Assembly (NCBI RefSeq): GCF_035594765.1
Contig: NC_085841.1
Span: forward strand, 364,735,252 to 364,799,251
Origin: Anolis carolinensis
Taxonomy: Eukaryota
Direction of reading: 5' to 3'
Length of the DNA: 64,000 nucleotides
The notes below the pieces were generated by a model, which saw only the letters and a program-made list of their open reading frames with translations, was not told the DNA's origin and ran no database searches. This document shows, in pieces, positions 1 to 13,400 of this stretch; within the stretch, counting starts at the first letter, position 1; each line of letters begins with the position of its first letter. A program made the translations under genes and the position numbers.

Positions 1-502
1 CAACTTTGTAGGGCCAGGGTTGAGGGTAAAGTGCTGAGTCCCTCTATGAACCATCTTGGAGTTTAAGATTGTCTGGAGAGAGTCTGCTCTCGGCTCTGCC
101 TTCTTTGCAGGCACGATTGGCGGAGACGAAACACAGAGCCTTCTTGGTGGTGGCCCCTCAGCTATGAAACTCCCCCCCCCCGGGAAATCCCCCGCCCTCC
201 TGATCTTGCGCAAAAAAGTAAAGATGTAGCTCTTTGATCAAGCCTTTGAAAATTTGTACAATAATTAGATATGAAAGATGTGTAATTAATTGACTTATGG
301 AAGGGCTCAAGACTATGCCTATGGATCATGTGATTTAACTTGTTATATGGATTCAAATGCTTCTAAATGTTTTAATGGTTGGTGCGGATGTTTTTATTGT
401 ACTATGCTTTAAAAGGCATTGCCTATGTTGTGAAGCCGCCTTGAGTCCCTTCCGGGGTTGAGAAAGGCGGGATAAAAGTGCCGTAAATAAATAAATAAAA
501 TA

Positions 503-825
503 TAGTAGAGTCTCACTTGTCCAACACTCACTTATCCAACGTTCTGGATTATCCAACGCATTTTTGGAGTCAATGTTTTCAATATATCGTGATATTTTGG
601 TGCTAAATTCGTAGATACAGTAATTACTACATAGTATTACTGTGTATTGAACTACTTTTTCTGTCAAATTTGTTGTATAACATGATGCTTTGGTGCTTAA
701 TTTGTAAAATCATAACCTAATTTGATGTTTAATAGGCTTTTCCTTAATGCCTCCTTATTATCCAACACATTCGCTTATCCAACATTCTGCTGGCCCGTTT
801 ATGTTGGATAAGTGAGACTCTACTG
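503..825. mobile_element. Tc1/mariner (pogo/Tigger-like) MITE
   Basis: TIR (C)AGTAGAGTCTCACTTATCCAA...TTGGATAAGTGAGACTCTACTG with TA flanks. Further copies lie at 1822-2129, 2143-2437, 12255-12577, 26031-26466, 28134-28439, 29649-29971, 35341-35569, 44977-45299, ~47424-47737, 47835-48157 and a fragment at ~62000-62165. Confidence 0.85.
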
Positions 826-938
826 TACATAAAATAGTTCAATCTAACAGTTGGGCAATCAGAGACATTTGCAAATGCGCACGGGGATATATCCATGTTC
901 GCAGTTCCGGAAAGGGGCCCGAGCGGGTGGGTGCTAAC

Positions 939-1552
939 CTAAGCAGCGAGGCCTGCGGGACGCCCTTGTACTTGACTCCGCGGAGGACCCTGGCGTTGGC
1001 CCTGTCCAGGCCTTGGGGCGCGAAGTGCTTCTCCACGGCCTCGAGCGCGGTCTGGTGCAGCACTTCCCGGAAGCGGGGCTCCCTCCGTGCGCGGCGGAGG
1101 GCCTCCGGGTGGAAGAGCACGTCGTAGACCAGGCAGCGGCGCGGCTCTCCTCCGGGAGGCCTTCCCCGGCCGAGCTCCTCCCTCCCGGGAGACAGGCAGT
1201 GCGGCAGGCGCCACGTGCAGCCCCTGCGGCCTACCTCCGCCTCCGCCTCGGGCTTGCCTACTAAAGCGTTGGCGCAGATGTTGAGGTAGCACTTCCGCGC
1301 GCCGCCCAGGCTCGTCCTCAGGGCCCAGCCGGGCTCCGGGTGCAGGAAGCGGGCCTCCACGCCGCGCTCCCGCTCCAAGGCGCACACCTCCGCCTCGTAA
1401 GTCGCGCGCTGGGCCGGGTCCGACAGCTCCGCCGCGTACTCCGCGAACAGGCGCTTGAACTCCTCGTCCTGGAAGGCCTTCGCCAGGCGCGCCGCCTCCT
1501 CCCCCGTCAAGTCCAGGTCTTCTAAGGACGAGCCCGGCCTCGACGAAGACAT
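939..1552 (-). CDS. DNAAF2: Dynein axonemal assembly factor 2 (kintoun), first coding exon (PIH1 N-terminal domain); the rest of the gene lies left of the window
   Basis: ORF 839..1552 MSSSRPGSSLEDLDLTGEEAARLAKAFQDEEFKRLFAEYAAELSDP...EPGWALRTSLGGARKCYLNICAN...WRLPHCLSPGRE...VYDVLFHP...KYKG matches the kintoun N-terminus. It lies in a CpG island and is syntenic with POLE2. Similarity appears to end near a putative donor AG|GTTAGC at 939/938, so that exon end is less certain. Confidence 0.9.
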
Positions 1553-1608
1553 CTTTCCTTTCCCACGGAGGAGGACGAAAGGCCCGTCGCCAAGGAGACT
1601 GGAGGAAG

Positions 1609-1776
1609 CAAAATGGCGGCGCCTAGAAGCGTTGCTATGGTTACGTTCCTAACAAGATGGCGGCAGCGCGAGGAGCCTGTGGCGTTGCTATGGTTACGCG
1701 CACAACAAGATGGCGCCCGAACGCAGTTCAAGGAGATCAATGGCGTTGCTATGGTTACTCTGCTAACAAGATGGCG
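1609..1776. promoter_or_regulatory. DNAAF2 promoter: three RFX X-boxes alternating with four YY1-type motifs
   Basis: GTTGCTATGGTTAC at 1631-1644, 1684-1697 and 1745-1758; CAA(A/G)ATGGCG at 1609, 1653, 1706 and 1767. Confidence 0.75.
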
Positions 1777-1821
1777 ACTGGTGGCTGCTGATGGTAGAGT
1801 AGAACTTAGCAGTTGCTATTA

Positions 1822-2437
1822 CAGTAGAGTCTCACTTATCCAAGGTAAACGGGCCAGCAGAATCTTGGATAAGCGAATATCTTGGATAATAAGGAAGGAT
1901 TAAGGAAAAGCCTATTAAACGTCAAATTAAGTTATGATTTTACAAATTAAGCACCAAAACTTCATGTTATACAACAAATTTGACAGAAAAAGTAGTTCAA
2001 TACGCAGTAATGTTATGTTGTAATTACTGTATTTACGAATGTAGCACCAAAATATCATGATATATTGAAAACATTGACTACAAAAATGGCTTGGATTATC
2101 CAGAGACTTGGATAAGTGAGACTCTACTGCATTATATTTATACAGTAGAATCTCACTTATCCAACATTCGGATTATCCAACACATTTTTGTAGTCAATGT
2201 TTTCAATATATCGTGATATTTTGGTGCTAAATTCGTAAATACAGTAATTACTACATAGCATTACTGCGTATTGAACTACTTTTGTTGTCTAACATGATGT
2301 TTTGGTGCTTAATTTGTAAAATCATAACCTAATTTGATGTTTAATAGACTTTTCCTTGATCCCTCCTTATTATCCAACATAATCGCTTATCCAACGTTCT
2401 GCCAGCCTGTTTATGTTGGATAAGTGAGAGTCTACTG
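1822..2437. mobile_element. Two adjacent Tc1/mariner MITEs in opposite orientation
   Basis: Copies at 1822-2129 and 2143-2437, each with CAGTAGA..CTACTG TIRs. Confidence 0.85.
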
Positions 2438-3124
2438 TAGTTATAATTCATATAATATATAATAATAATTGATACATAACTGCTTTATCTTCCCCAAAGG
2501 CAGGCCTGGGCAGACTTGGGCCTTCAGGTGTTTTGGATTTCAACTCCTATTCCTAACAGCCCATGCCTGATATAGAGATGTGCCAGGTGAGCTGGAGCTA
2601 ATGAGAACCAGAAACTAACATGCTTTCTTAAATGTTTTGCTTCCCCAAATTTGCTTGTTTTTAGGGAATTTGCCTCAGGCCCTTTCCATTCCCCTCAGCC
2701 AATGGGAAAGGGCATGTGGCGACAGCTGATTGGCTGAGCCACTCAGGAACCAGAATTCAGATTGGCTGCTTCCTCTAGCTTGGTTTTAACTGCCACTTTA
2801 ATCTTGGAGAGGGAGGAGAGCAGCTGACTGAAAATGGTCAGGAAGAAAATGGCTGCCATACTCTCCAAAGCCTGATTATTTATAAGGCAAATGAGGCATA
2901 TTTAAAGGGACTGTTTATCTCTGTGTGAATTCAGAAAGACTGTTATATATATATTGTTGCCCTGTTTGAACTTCTGAACTGAAGTAAAGATATTGTTGCT
3001 TGTTGCGCAAGCCAGAGTGACATTTTATTATACTGCAGGGTTTATCTTGATTCAGAAACTGTGGTAAAGCTTCTATTTATTTCTACAACCATCAATGCAC
3101 TCTAACCTGAGGTCAGCTGTGACC

Positions 3125-3365
3125 AACAGTGCTGTGGAATTCAAAGAGGCACAAATGGAAGGCGAAAGGGAGAAATGTGTCAAGGGGAAGGCGTGTCAAG
3201 CCAATCCTGACCGGGACCGCCTTCTGTCTAGAATCTGACGCCCTCACTGCGGAAGAACATGCCAGTCGAGAATAGGACTCCACAGTCACCTACATACCCA
3301 CCAGACACTACACTTGGAGGACCATAATACTTGGACAACGAAGGATCGCCTAACTAAATAGGTAA
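3125..3365 (+). mobile_element. RTE-type LINE 3' end fragment
   Basis: Degenerate C-terminal zinc-finger-like coding (RQANPDRDRL...PHCGRTCQSRIGLHSHLHTH) followed by a short tail. Confidence 0.6.
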
Positions 3366-3664
3366 GTCAGCCGTTTAAGTGGAAAAGGAAAAGGCCTGCA
3401 GCTGTTAGGAATTGTGGGAGTTGAAGTCCAAAACACCTGGAGGGCCCAAGTTTGCCCATGCCTGATATAGAGAGATGAGCCAGGTGAGTTGAGGATACTG
3501 AAAACTGGGAACCAACATGGTTTCTTAAATGTTTAGTTTCCCCAAATTTGCTTGTTTTGGGGGAATTTGGTTCTGCAGCGGAAGAGACAGAACAGGTGAC
3601 ACACAAAACACTGCTATTTGAAATGTTAAGAAGCCACCATTCCAAGCCCTTAAACTGTAAACAC

Positions 3665-3670
3665 TTTATT
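3665..3670 (-). terminator. Putative POLE2 polyadenylation signal AATAAA
   Basis: TTTATT on the plus strand about 780 nt past the stop codon, followed on the minus strand by GT/T-rich sequence. Confidence 0.5.
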
Positions 3671-4448
3671 GCAATTATTACATAAAATATTGTACATACA
3701 CTGAAAAAAATATTATCAATTTTATAAATTAAGAACATGAAGGTTGCTTAAAATCCTGATAATTTAATCAAATTAAACTGACAAGTTCTGGCACCACATT
3801 CACTGTCATACTTCAGTGCCGTGGAATGCTGGGAGTTGTAGTTTTGTGAGACATTTATCCTTTTGTGTGGGAGAGCTCTAATGCTACAAGCTACAAATCT
3901 CAGATGGCGCCAAGGCAGTTAAAAGTGGTGTGAAACTGCTGTAATATGGCAGTGTGGATGGTGTATGTGTGGCCAATCACAGCAGCAGCCATAATGGACC
4001 ACAGACTTATAGCACTGGGCCTTCTGCACATGAGACTGAAGAGGAAACACATGAGCCTCTGCAGCAGCAAGGAATTCAGTCTCATTGTCCTTTTTTAGCT
4101 CTTCCATTCATTCCATCTACTCCTATTTCTCTCCCAGGTTTCAGCTCAAATTTGTGTAGCTTGCGATGGTATTCATTTCAATGATGCTTGAGGGCAGATG
4201 GGAAGAAAGAAGCCTGAAATCCCATTCTTCCAGGGCTTCTCCTTTTCGGTTTAAATGTAAGTCCATTGAGAGCTTGGTCTTTTGTGGGATCTTCAATTCC
4301 CAGGATGCAAATACACCGCATCCACATTTCATCCCTTCATTTGAAGATTTGCACTCAAAATGTCCCACATGTTGTAATAATCCGTGGTCCACAGAAGTGG
4401 GACTTAAACAGTATCGAAACTGGGACGTTGATTTGCTCCTCCTTGTCT

Positions 4449-7400
4449 TCAAAGGCCCTGAAGTTTGCTGGAAATAATAAAAAGTAACGTTAAGAACCAT
4501 ATTTGTGTTTTCCTCAAAACCAAGTTATTATCCCCATCTCCTTGGTGCTTAACTGAAAGCTAGGGAATAGGACTAATGACTTTCAAAGGATTGGTGTGTA
4601 TTTTCCGGGCTGTATGTCCATGTTCCAGAAGTATTATCTCCTGACGTTTCACCCACATCTATGGCAGGCATCCTCGGAGGTTGTGAGGCATATCCTCACA
4701 AGCTCTGAGGATGCCTGCCGTAGATGTGGGCGAAACGTCAGGAGAAAATACTTCTGGAACATGGCTGTACAGCCCGGAAAACGCACAGCAACCCTGTGAT
4801 TCCAGCCATGAAAGCCTTCAACTTCAAAGGAGATTATTATTGTTGTTGTTGTTATTATTAAATGTTCACATGGCTTTAATTGTGTTTGCAGTTTCAAAAA
4901 TGTTGGAAATTACAACCTTCTTCAAGCCACCTCTAGTAATTGGTTAATCTATGATTCTGTTTGCTTACTGTTTAGTATGTATGTTCTGCAATGTAGGTTC
5001 TTTTGCTCTATGTTTCCCGAGAGGTTGTGGCATGATCTGATCTGAGATTGCTCAGACCTTAGACTCCATTAGACATTGGGACTGCTCAGACCAACACATG
5101 CCTGTTGTTGTTTAGGAAAGATGCCCTGTGCCATCTGCACACAGAGATTATCACAAACATATCCTGGACTGATAAGCTATGTACCTGTGTTATGCTAAAC
5201 ACATGAAAGTTGTGAGTAAACCAAGTATGTTATTTTTATCAAAGTCTACTTCTTTTTGTCTTGAGTGCATAATATAAAACAAGTTGTTTTATGGGAGAGC
5301 AGATGTATTTTTGGGCAACTGAAAAATACTTTTGAAGCACTGCTGTTTTTATGCATTGGTATATTCTCTGTTTTCTAACAGATCCGAAACAATAGGTTCA
5401 GTCTAACAAATGAAGCCAATTGCCTTGCATATTACATTTGGTTGTATAACACCTGTGAAGATTCTACTCAAACAGGCTTTTGGTTCTTCTCTGAAAGGTC
5501 ATGCTTTTCCAAAAGGTTATGATCTCCAAATACCATTTTGGAGGAAAAATTACGTTTTAATAGGTTGTTTTAACTTGAGTATTGCGTGTTTTATTCTGTT
5601 TTAACCGCCTTGGGTCTGTGCTCAGAGAAAGGCGGGATATAAATTTATCAAATAAATAAATAAATAATAGTATATTTATTTATACCCCGCTTTATCTTTC
5701 CTGAAGGAGACTCAAAGCAGTTTAACACAAAAGTATTAGCATACAATTTAAAATACACAAATATGCAAACATTAAAACAGGATTAAAAATAAACAGTATT
5801 TAAAAATTCCCAGTTAAAAACCATTAAAACATATTCAGAGCCTCTGAGATAACTGTTCCTATGGCTACAGGGAAACAATTTCCCCATTTTATTAAAGGTA
5901 TCAGAATATTTCAGCTCATTTTCCTTGACTGAGGCTCAAAGGGACCCCTTCACATGGATTTGTGATGCCTTGTCTTATTAAGTGAGGATTACTTTCTGTT
6001 TAATTAAGGAAAAAAAGGTTCCATTCACATACAAATCTATTGAGATTGCCTCACATCAAGCAAGACCTTAATACTTGGAGATTTAATTATCTTAAGATTC
6101 AAGTTGGCAGTTTCCCAAATGTTTGGGGTCACCAGGAGTTTACTTAGTTTATAGTTAATTTAAAAAGGATTAAAAATAGAAACTATAGCTTGGTCAGAAC
6201 ATTAAATACAAAAATGAAACTACAAGAACTGAACTTTTGACAAATGCTTTAAACTGCTGATGGTAAGATGAAAGTGGGAAATACAGTAAAGATGTTAAAT
6301 TGGAAAAAAGTTGGAATATAGTAAAATTATATAATGAAAAAAATAGAGGGGATTATATGCGATTAATCTGAAATTGGCAACGGCCGACAGGGAGGTCTGG
6401 TGTAGGCTGGTCCATGAGGTCACAAAAAGTCGGAAGCGACTGAACGAATAAACAACAACCTCAACAAATCTGAAATTATTTACATTAAAAGGGAATAAAA
6501 TTGGGGAAAATAATTATTAAGGTAATTATCCAAAGAAGAATTTACAAAACAAATCATAGGAATTGGAATTCTAGTCAAAATGGATAAAATGATGACACAA
6601 TTATTGCTTGCACTTATGCATTAATTTTAAATATAGTGGCTTATATTTAGCAGAAGCTGAAATATGATCAAAGAGAACAAAAAAGATATGTAATAGTTTG
6701 ATAGTTGACTTTGCTTGAGGAGAGGAATTGTGTTTTTATTTTATTGGTGTTTTTATTATTTTACGGTTTTATTTTTTAATAAAAAAATAAAATTACATGT
6801 AAATTATACCGAGTGACATGAAATACTTCTCCCAATAAAATGGAAGAATGACATCGGAAATACAGAAATATAGATTTCATAATGCATATTTGCAACACTG
6901 CACAACTTCCAGGGCAGCTAAAGTGGTATCAAAGTGCTGTAATTGCATAGTGTGACGCTTCATTTTCTTCTCTTCCTCCTAACAACGTTCTGTGTCATTT
7001 TGAAGCTTGCCTGGTGCTTCTGGCTGCAGGCGGCAGCTCAATAAAATGGCCTTTTGTATTTAAAAGGAGAAGCTTGGAAATACTCAGGCATTCATTATTA
7101 TTTGAAAGCAAAAATCAAGATCTTACCTGTCTTCAACTGTTTTGTTTGATGGGTAGTATACTTTAAATGAAAAGCCACTCTTTGAAAAAGACCCCTAGTA
7201 TAAATGGAGAAAAAAAAGAATTCCACTTTTAAAATCTGTATCATTTTTTTCAGCAAATGCTATTCATCTTATTGCCATTTTCAAGTATTTATTTCTATCA
7301 GACACAAACACCTTTGAGTATCACCGGGAGGTGCTATTTTCTAGAATAGTGCAGTTAAATACAAAGTTGACATTACTCAAATGATGTTAACTAGCTTATA

Positions 7401-10400
7401 CACACACACACACACACACGTCATTACCATCCATGGACCCACAGCTGTTAAGTTGATAACATACAGGAGTTTACAAAACATTCAAAACTGGGGAAATGTG
7501 CTAAACAGATACATACTACACCCTGTTCAGAGACTAGGCTGTATGAACAAGCACAGGGGGAAAAAACACCTACACATCCTGCAATAAGGACTGTTATAAT
7601 AATCTGCTATAGTCTAGCAATGCCTTGCTTTTATTTCCTGTATGCCACGAAGCAAAACTGTATATAAAAAGTGTATAATTGCATAGTTATTTGTAATACC
7701 TTGCTAGGGGCAGTTTATGTGACTGAATGTAAATAAATGTAAACACTGAGAAGGCCCTCTTTGAAATACAATGCTCCATGAAGGCAAAATAGAAATGCAA
7801 ACTGCCCCCCAGTTCTCCATAGCTGTAAAATTGCCATGAGGGGCACCTAAACAGTGCAAACAGGGGAAATGTATGGTACTATACTTAGGCAGAAAGAATG
7901 AACTGTAGAGATGGAGGAAAAGTGACACATGGTTCAAATAGCAGGAAAAGAGATTCCACTTGAACATTAGGAAGAACTTCCTGACAGTGAAAGGTGCTTC
8001 ACAAGTAGAATGTTCTGCTGCCTGAGAGTCCAATTGAGTCTTCTTCTCTGGAGGTTTTAAGGAGAAGCTGGATGGCCATCTGCTGGGAATGCTTTGTGTG
8101 TTCCTGGCTGGCAGAAGAATGTGGACTGGATGTCCCTTTTGGTCTCTTCCCACTCTAGGATTCTATGAGTCCCAAAGGGCTTTGGTCATTCTCAAGGGAC
8201 AAAGGGAATACCAGTATGCACAACAAGTTTTTTTTTAAAGTACATACAAAAGGCATGTATTGCATTTCTGTTTGCACACATCACTGATAGGATGCCTGCC
8301 TAAAAAGCTTAAAAGATCTGGAGAGGAGTGAAGACAGCCCGGAAACTTCAGTTAAGACAAAGGGAAGAAAGAGAAAAGGACCTGAAGAGTTGGCTACTGG
8401 TTTCTGCCACTGATGGGATCCTCACAGCAGCAACAGAAGATAACTATGTCACAAAATTTGAAAAACAATGTTCTGTTCCTGGTTTGAAAGTGTTATTTCC
8501 TGTTGAAATGTGTTGTCCTTCCTTTGAAAGTCATTGTTCTAATCCAGAAACGTCATTGTTTTTCTGGCAAAATATGTTGAATTGGTTGAGACTCTATGAT
8601 AAGATATTCATTGAAAAACTATAGCAAAATATGCTGCAAGTTGTCCCTCCCGGAAGAACAAAGTTTGTGCAGTTTAGTAAACCTTTTCCATATTTGTATG
8701 ATAGAGAAACAATTAGGAAATGAATTTATACCCCAGGAACAAAAGTAATGTCAGTTCGGTCAAAGGTGTTTCCTTACGGGATTTATACAAAGGCAGTCGG
8801 TGTTTGTCACTGTGAACGGGTCATATTTGTCAGCGAAGACGATCACATCCGGCAGAGGATAGGTCCGTAAGGTGTAGTCGTAGGCCCAGAAGACGGGGCT
8901 GACGCTCAGAGGCAAGGGGCTCAGGTGACCCTGGGACAAAACCGTCTTGACAAACTGCAAGGCAAAGGACAATTGCATTTGGCTTCTATCTGTTCTACTC
9001 TTGTATGTTTGCCTAAGCCAGGCATGGGCCAACTTTGGTGGCTTTGGACTTCCAACACCCGAAGTCCAGGGCCTGAAGTCCAAAACACCTTGAGGGCCCA
9101 AGTAGGCCCATGCCTGGCCTAAAGTGTAGATTTTTCTGTCCCCTTTACATATATACAAAACACACCCCTATCCACATGCATAGAAGAGTACATGTATATA
9201 AATGTGTATCTTACTATATATCTTGCAGTGATTAATCAGTAGAAGCTATAGATCAGGCATGGGCAAACTTCGGCCCTCCAGGTGTTTTGGATGTCAACTC
9301 CCACAATTTCTAACAGCCTACCATCTGTTAGGAATTGTGGAAATTGAAGTTCAAAACACCTAGAAGGCCGAAGTTTACCTATGCCTGCTATAGATAATAA
9401 AAACATTTCAGCTTCTGCTCTTCTCAGCTGCTAAAAAGAAAAAGACAGGCCAGAGCTGAAACATTATTTTATGTTTATTTATACCCTGCTTTTTTCCTCC
9501 ACAAGGAGACTCAAAGCAGCTTACGTTGAAAGCCTTTCAATACAATTTAAAATATACAAACATTAAAACAGGATTAAATATCATTGGTATTAAACAATTC
9601 AGTTAAAATCCATAAAATATTCAAAACTAAAAACCACAAATATTTTGTTTACGAATTTAAACTGTGTTGTTTTTATTTTTGTGTCATGTATTTAAGTGGT
9701 TGCACTTTAATTATGTTTGAAAATGTCCTTTTACAGACTGTTTGACTTGTGTTGTGTCCCACCTTGAGCCAAAAGCAGAGGTGTGTAATAAATATATTAT
9801 TCCCTGTGTAAGACAGATAAATAGAAAGCTATAGATGTGTTGCGAAAGGCTTTTATGGCCATGTTCCAGAAGCATTTTCTCCTGACATTCTGCCCACATC
9901 TATGGCAGGCATCCTCCGAGTCTGTAGTGAGGTATGTTGGAACTAGGCAACTGTGTAATGTCCAGGGTGGGAGAAAGAACTCGTGTTTCACCTGGAACAT
10001 GGCCATACAGCCCGGAAAACTCACAGCAACCCAAGCTATAATTAATTAATTGCATCCTACTAGGATCCAAGACTAAGACTCCAGGGTTTGAAACCTGCAC
10101 TCCGTCACTGAAAAATTTCCTCAGCCTCAGAAGAAGGCAATAGCAAATCCATTCTGAACAAAATCTTACCAAGAAAAGCCTGTGACTGTGAACGAGAGAA
10201 TAGAAACTGAAATGTGTCGAAGGTTTGAGATTCTATATACATTTATGGTTTCTAGCTAGAAATAAGTTCAGAGTTTCAATTTCCTTCCCTCCTTGGCTCC
10301 CTCCAAACAATTTTGCATACAGGAAAGAAAGAGAGAAAAAACTGCACTCTGACTAATTGTAAAAAAAAAGTATGTTAACAAAATGTAGGAGAATGTTTCT

Positions 10401-13400
10401 TACATGGTTAGGAATATCCAAGTTGTTGCTAGGAAATCGGACACAGTTCCGGCACATCTTGTTTACCAAGTCTTCTCGGAAGATGATTATTTCCTGTGTG
10501 CAGTACTGGACCCTATGAGGAAAAAACAAGCACAGCTTTTATTTCCACAGGAATTTGTGCAAACCCTTCCCAGAAGACCAGTCCCTCACAAAAGGGACAC
10601 AACAGGCCTCGGCAACCCCCAGGTGTAAAATTGGGGCATTTACCTGCAAGGATTTGTTGAGAAAACCGAACCTGGCACTTGCTCCCGAAATTCCTGGGTG
10701 ATGCTCTCTGTGAGCGGAGGCCTGAAAAGGAATGCCAGAAGAGCATTTGCAAATAGCACCACATTCAGTAACAAAGCCTTCACCTGTAACTGCTATGATC
10801 CTACCTGGGCAAGATGGAGCCTGGGCCGGGATCTTCAGAGCCAGGAACGAACACAAATCGACTGCTACAAAGGGATGAATGCAGAAACCAAGGTTAAAGT
10901 GGAAGCTCTGGCAAAGCATTCAATAATGTTGTTCACATTGGTGAGTTATGACTACCTTTTAATAATTATATTTGGCAAAGTGAGGAGAGGGCAACATAAT
11001 GTTGTAGCCCAGCCTCCACCTGAGCTGTCAGGTGAGCCTGAGGTTGGGCCTGTTCAGCCTGTGATTGTCCCCGCACCTGCACCTGGCTTGTCAGAGCCTG
11101 AGATTCCTGTTTCTATGCAGACAGAGTTTGCTCCAGTTGATTCTGGGACCAGAGACATAATGGTTACAAGTACGCAATTTGAACCACATTCCTCAAAGCA
11201 GTCAAGGTTGGATCTCCCACATTCCTCAAAGCAGTCAAGGTCGGATTCTGGGAGTGATAGGGCTAATGAGCTTAACAGAAGGAAAGTGATAACTCAACAG
11301 AGAAAAGATAAGGAGTATGTCAGAAGGAATTTGAATGCAATTTCCTGCTTCTTAGCAGGGGGTTGGACTGGATGGCCCATGAGGTCTCTTCCAACTCTAC
11401 TATTCTATGATTCTATGAGTAAATGATTGCTTTTTAAACGAAATAATGAGCAAACTTCTCACGGGAAGGGACCTTGAATTTCTCTTAAGAAGGGCTGCTT
11501 TCTCTGACAGAGTCAGAGGTGGTAACTTTGCTTATCCAAGAGAGGAAGATCTCTGCTTCGTGTTCCTGTGAGTTCCTGCAGCTTTGTACCTTGATTTAAG
11601 GTCCAGCCTCGTTCTTGTTCCTGTGTATCCAGTTGAATGTGTCAGTAATTTTGGAGTTTGGATTTCTGTTGCAGCCAAGACCCTTGCCTTGTTTTCCAGC
11701 ATTGATCCTGTACCTTGGACGAAACTTGGAGTTTTGTTCCTGCATTCCAGTATTGCTTCCTGTGTTTCCAGCTTAACTCATACCTTGGATTAATCCTTGA
11801 TATCTTCTACAGACTGTTCATGATACCTTTCTTGGGGCTTACTATGTTATCTAGTTTGGAGTTTGTTCTTTGAGTGACTTTTCTAGACTCTTGCTTCAAG
11901 ATTTTCAAGTACTTTGTTCTTGTGGATTTAAACTTTGAACTTTGATTTGCTATTGCTTGCATATAATCTTCAATAAACAGCTTGTTGCTTATATCCTGGG
12001 GCTCCAGTGTGGTTTTGAGGTGCCTACGCAGCCTAGGGGTGCAACACATAAAACCTGAAAGGTATTTTGGGAAGGCTTTCCCGCTTGGAGCCAACTTTCT
12101 GTATATCTCTTTATAAAGTACTAGCTGTGCCCGGCCACGCGTTGCTGTGGCAAAGTGGTGGTGGTATTGGTTAAAAATTGTTGTGCAATTTTTATTTGAC
12201 ATTATTTGCAATTTTTTATTAATTTTATTGTAAGTTATATTTTTATTTATTATACAGTAGAGTCTCACTTATCCAACATAAACGGGCTGGCAGAACGTTG
12301 GATAAGCAAATATGTTGGATAATAAGGAGAGATTAAGAAGAAGCCTATTACACATCAAATTAAGTTATGATTTTACAAATTAAGCACCCAAACATCATGT
12401 TAGACAACAAATTGGACAGAAAAGGTACTTCAATATGCAGTAATGCTATGTAGTAATTACTGTATTTACTAATTTAGCACCCAAATATCACGATGTATTG
12501 AAAACATTGACTACAAAAATGCGTTGGATAATCCAGAACGTTGGATAAGCGAATGTTGGATAAGTGAGACTCTACTGTATTTTATTATTTTCTTGTATTA
12601 TTTTTAGTTATTTTCTGTTATTATAGTATTTTATTGTATTAATTTTTAGTGTTTTTTATTATTTTTGATTGGGTTGCTAGGAGACCAAGTTGGAGGAGCT
12701 TAGCCTTCTAACTGGCAGCAATTGGATAAAAGCAATTATTCCTCTCTCTCTAATTAGGACTTTATTTTTCTTTTCTTTTTGTTGTATCAACCTAGAGGCG
12801 TGGATGATGGGTTGTGTTGTCAAATTTCGAGGTTGGGGGGCCTGTAGTTTTGTTGTTTTGTGGGTCGCCGTGATGCCATCACTCTTTTATATATATAGAT
12901 GTCTGTTTTTCCTACAAAGACTCCTCCGTAGCTTGATGGATCTGGACTAAACTTGGCACACAGACCCATCATTACTCAAAATAACTGCTGGGTTTAACCT
13001 ACAAAACCCACTCCCATTTTGGAGTGAAGACCCCCAAAAATAAAAATGGCAGTATATGATCAGGCATGGGCCAACTTGGGCCCTCCATATGTTTTGGACA
13101 TCAACTCCCACATTTCCTAACAGCCTAGAAGGCCCCAGTTTGCCCATGCCTGATATAGAGGGGAAGGATTCGCTACTGGCCTACAGGAATCTTTGTATGC
13201 AGTGCTCAGATGCAAGATGAGGCAAGAAGACATCAATTCCATAAGGAAGCAAGCAACTTAATGAAGATTTGTACTTTGGAAGGAATATGTGTATGTCTGG
13301 GCCTTGCTCTGAGGCTGAGAGTGTGATTTCCAAGAATGGTCCAGGTGAAGGAAGGAAAACAAAAGGAGGGAGCTATGAGGAGAAGGAAGGGAAGAAAGAA

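Noticed and set aside
10698-11426. 242-aa plus-strand ORF
   Set aside because: It is antisense to POLE2 exons 14-15 and runs into a solo LTR and a CR1 fragment; no recognisable protein.
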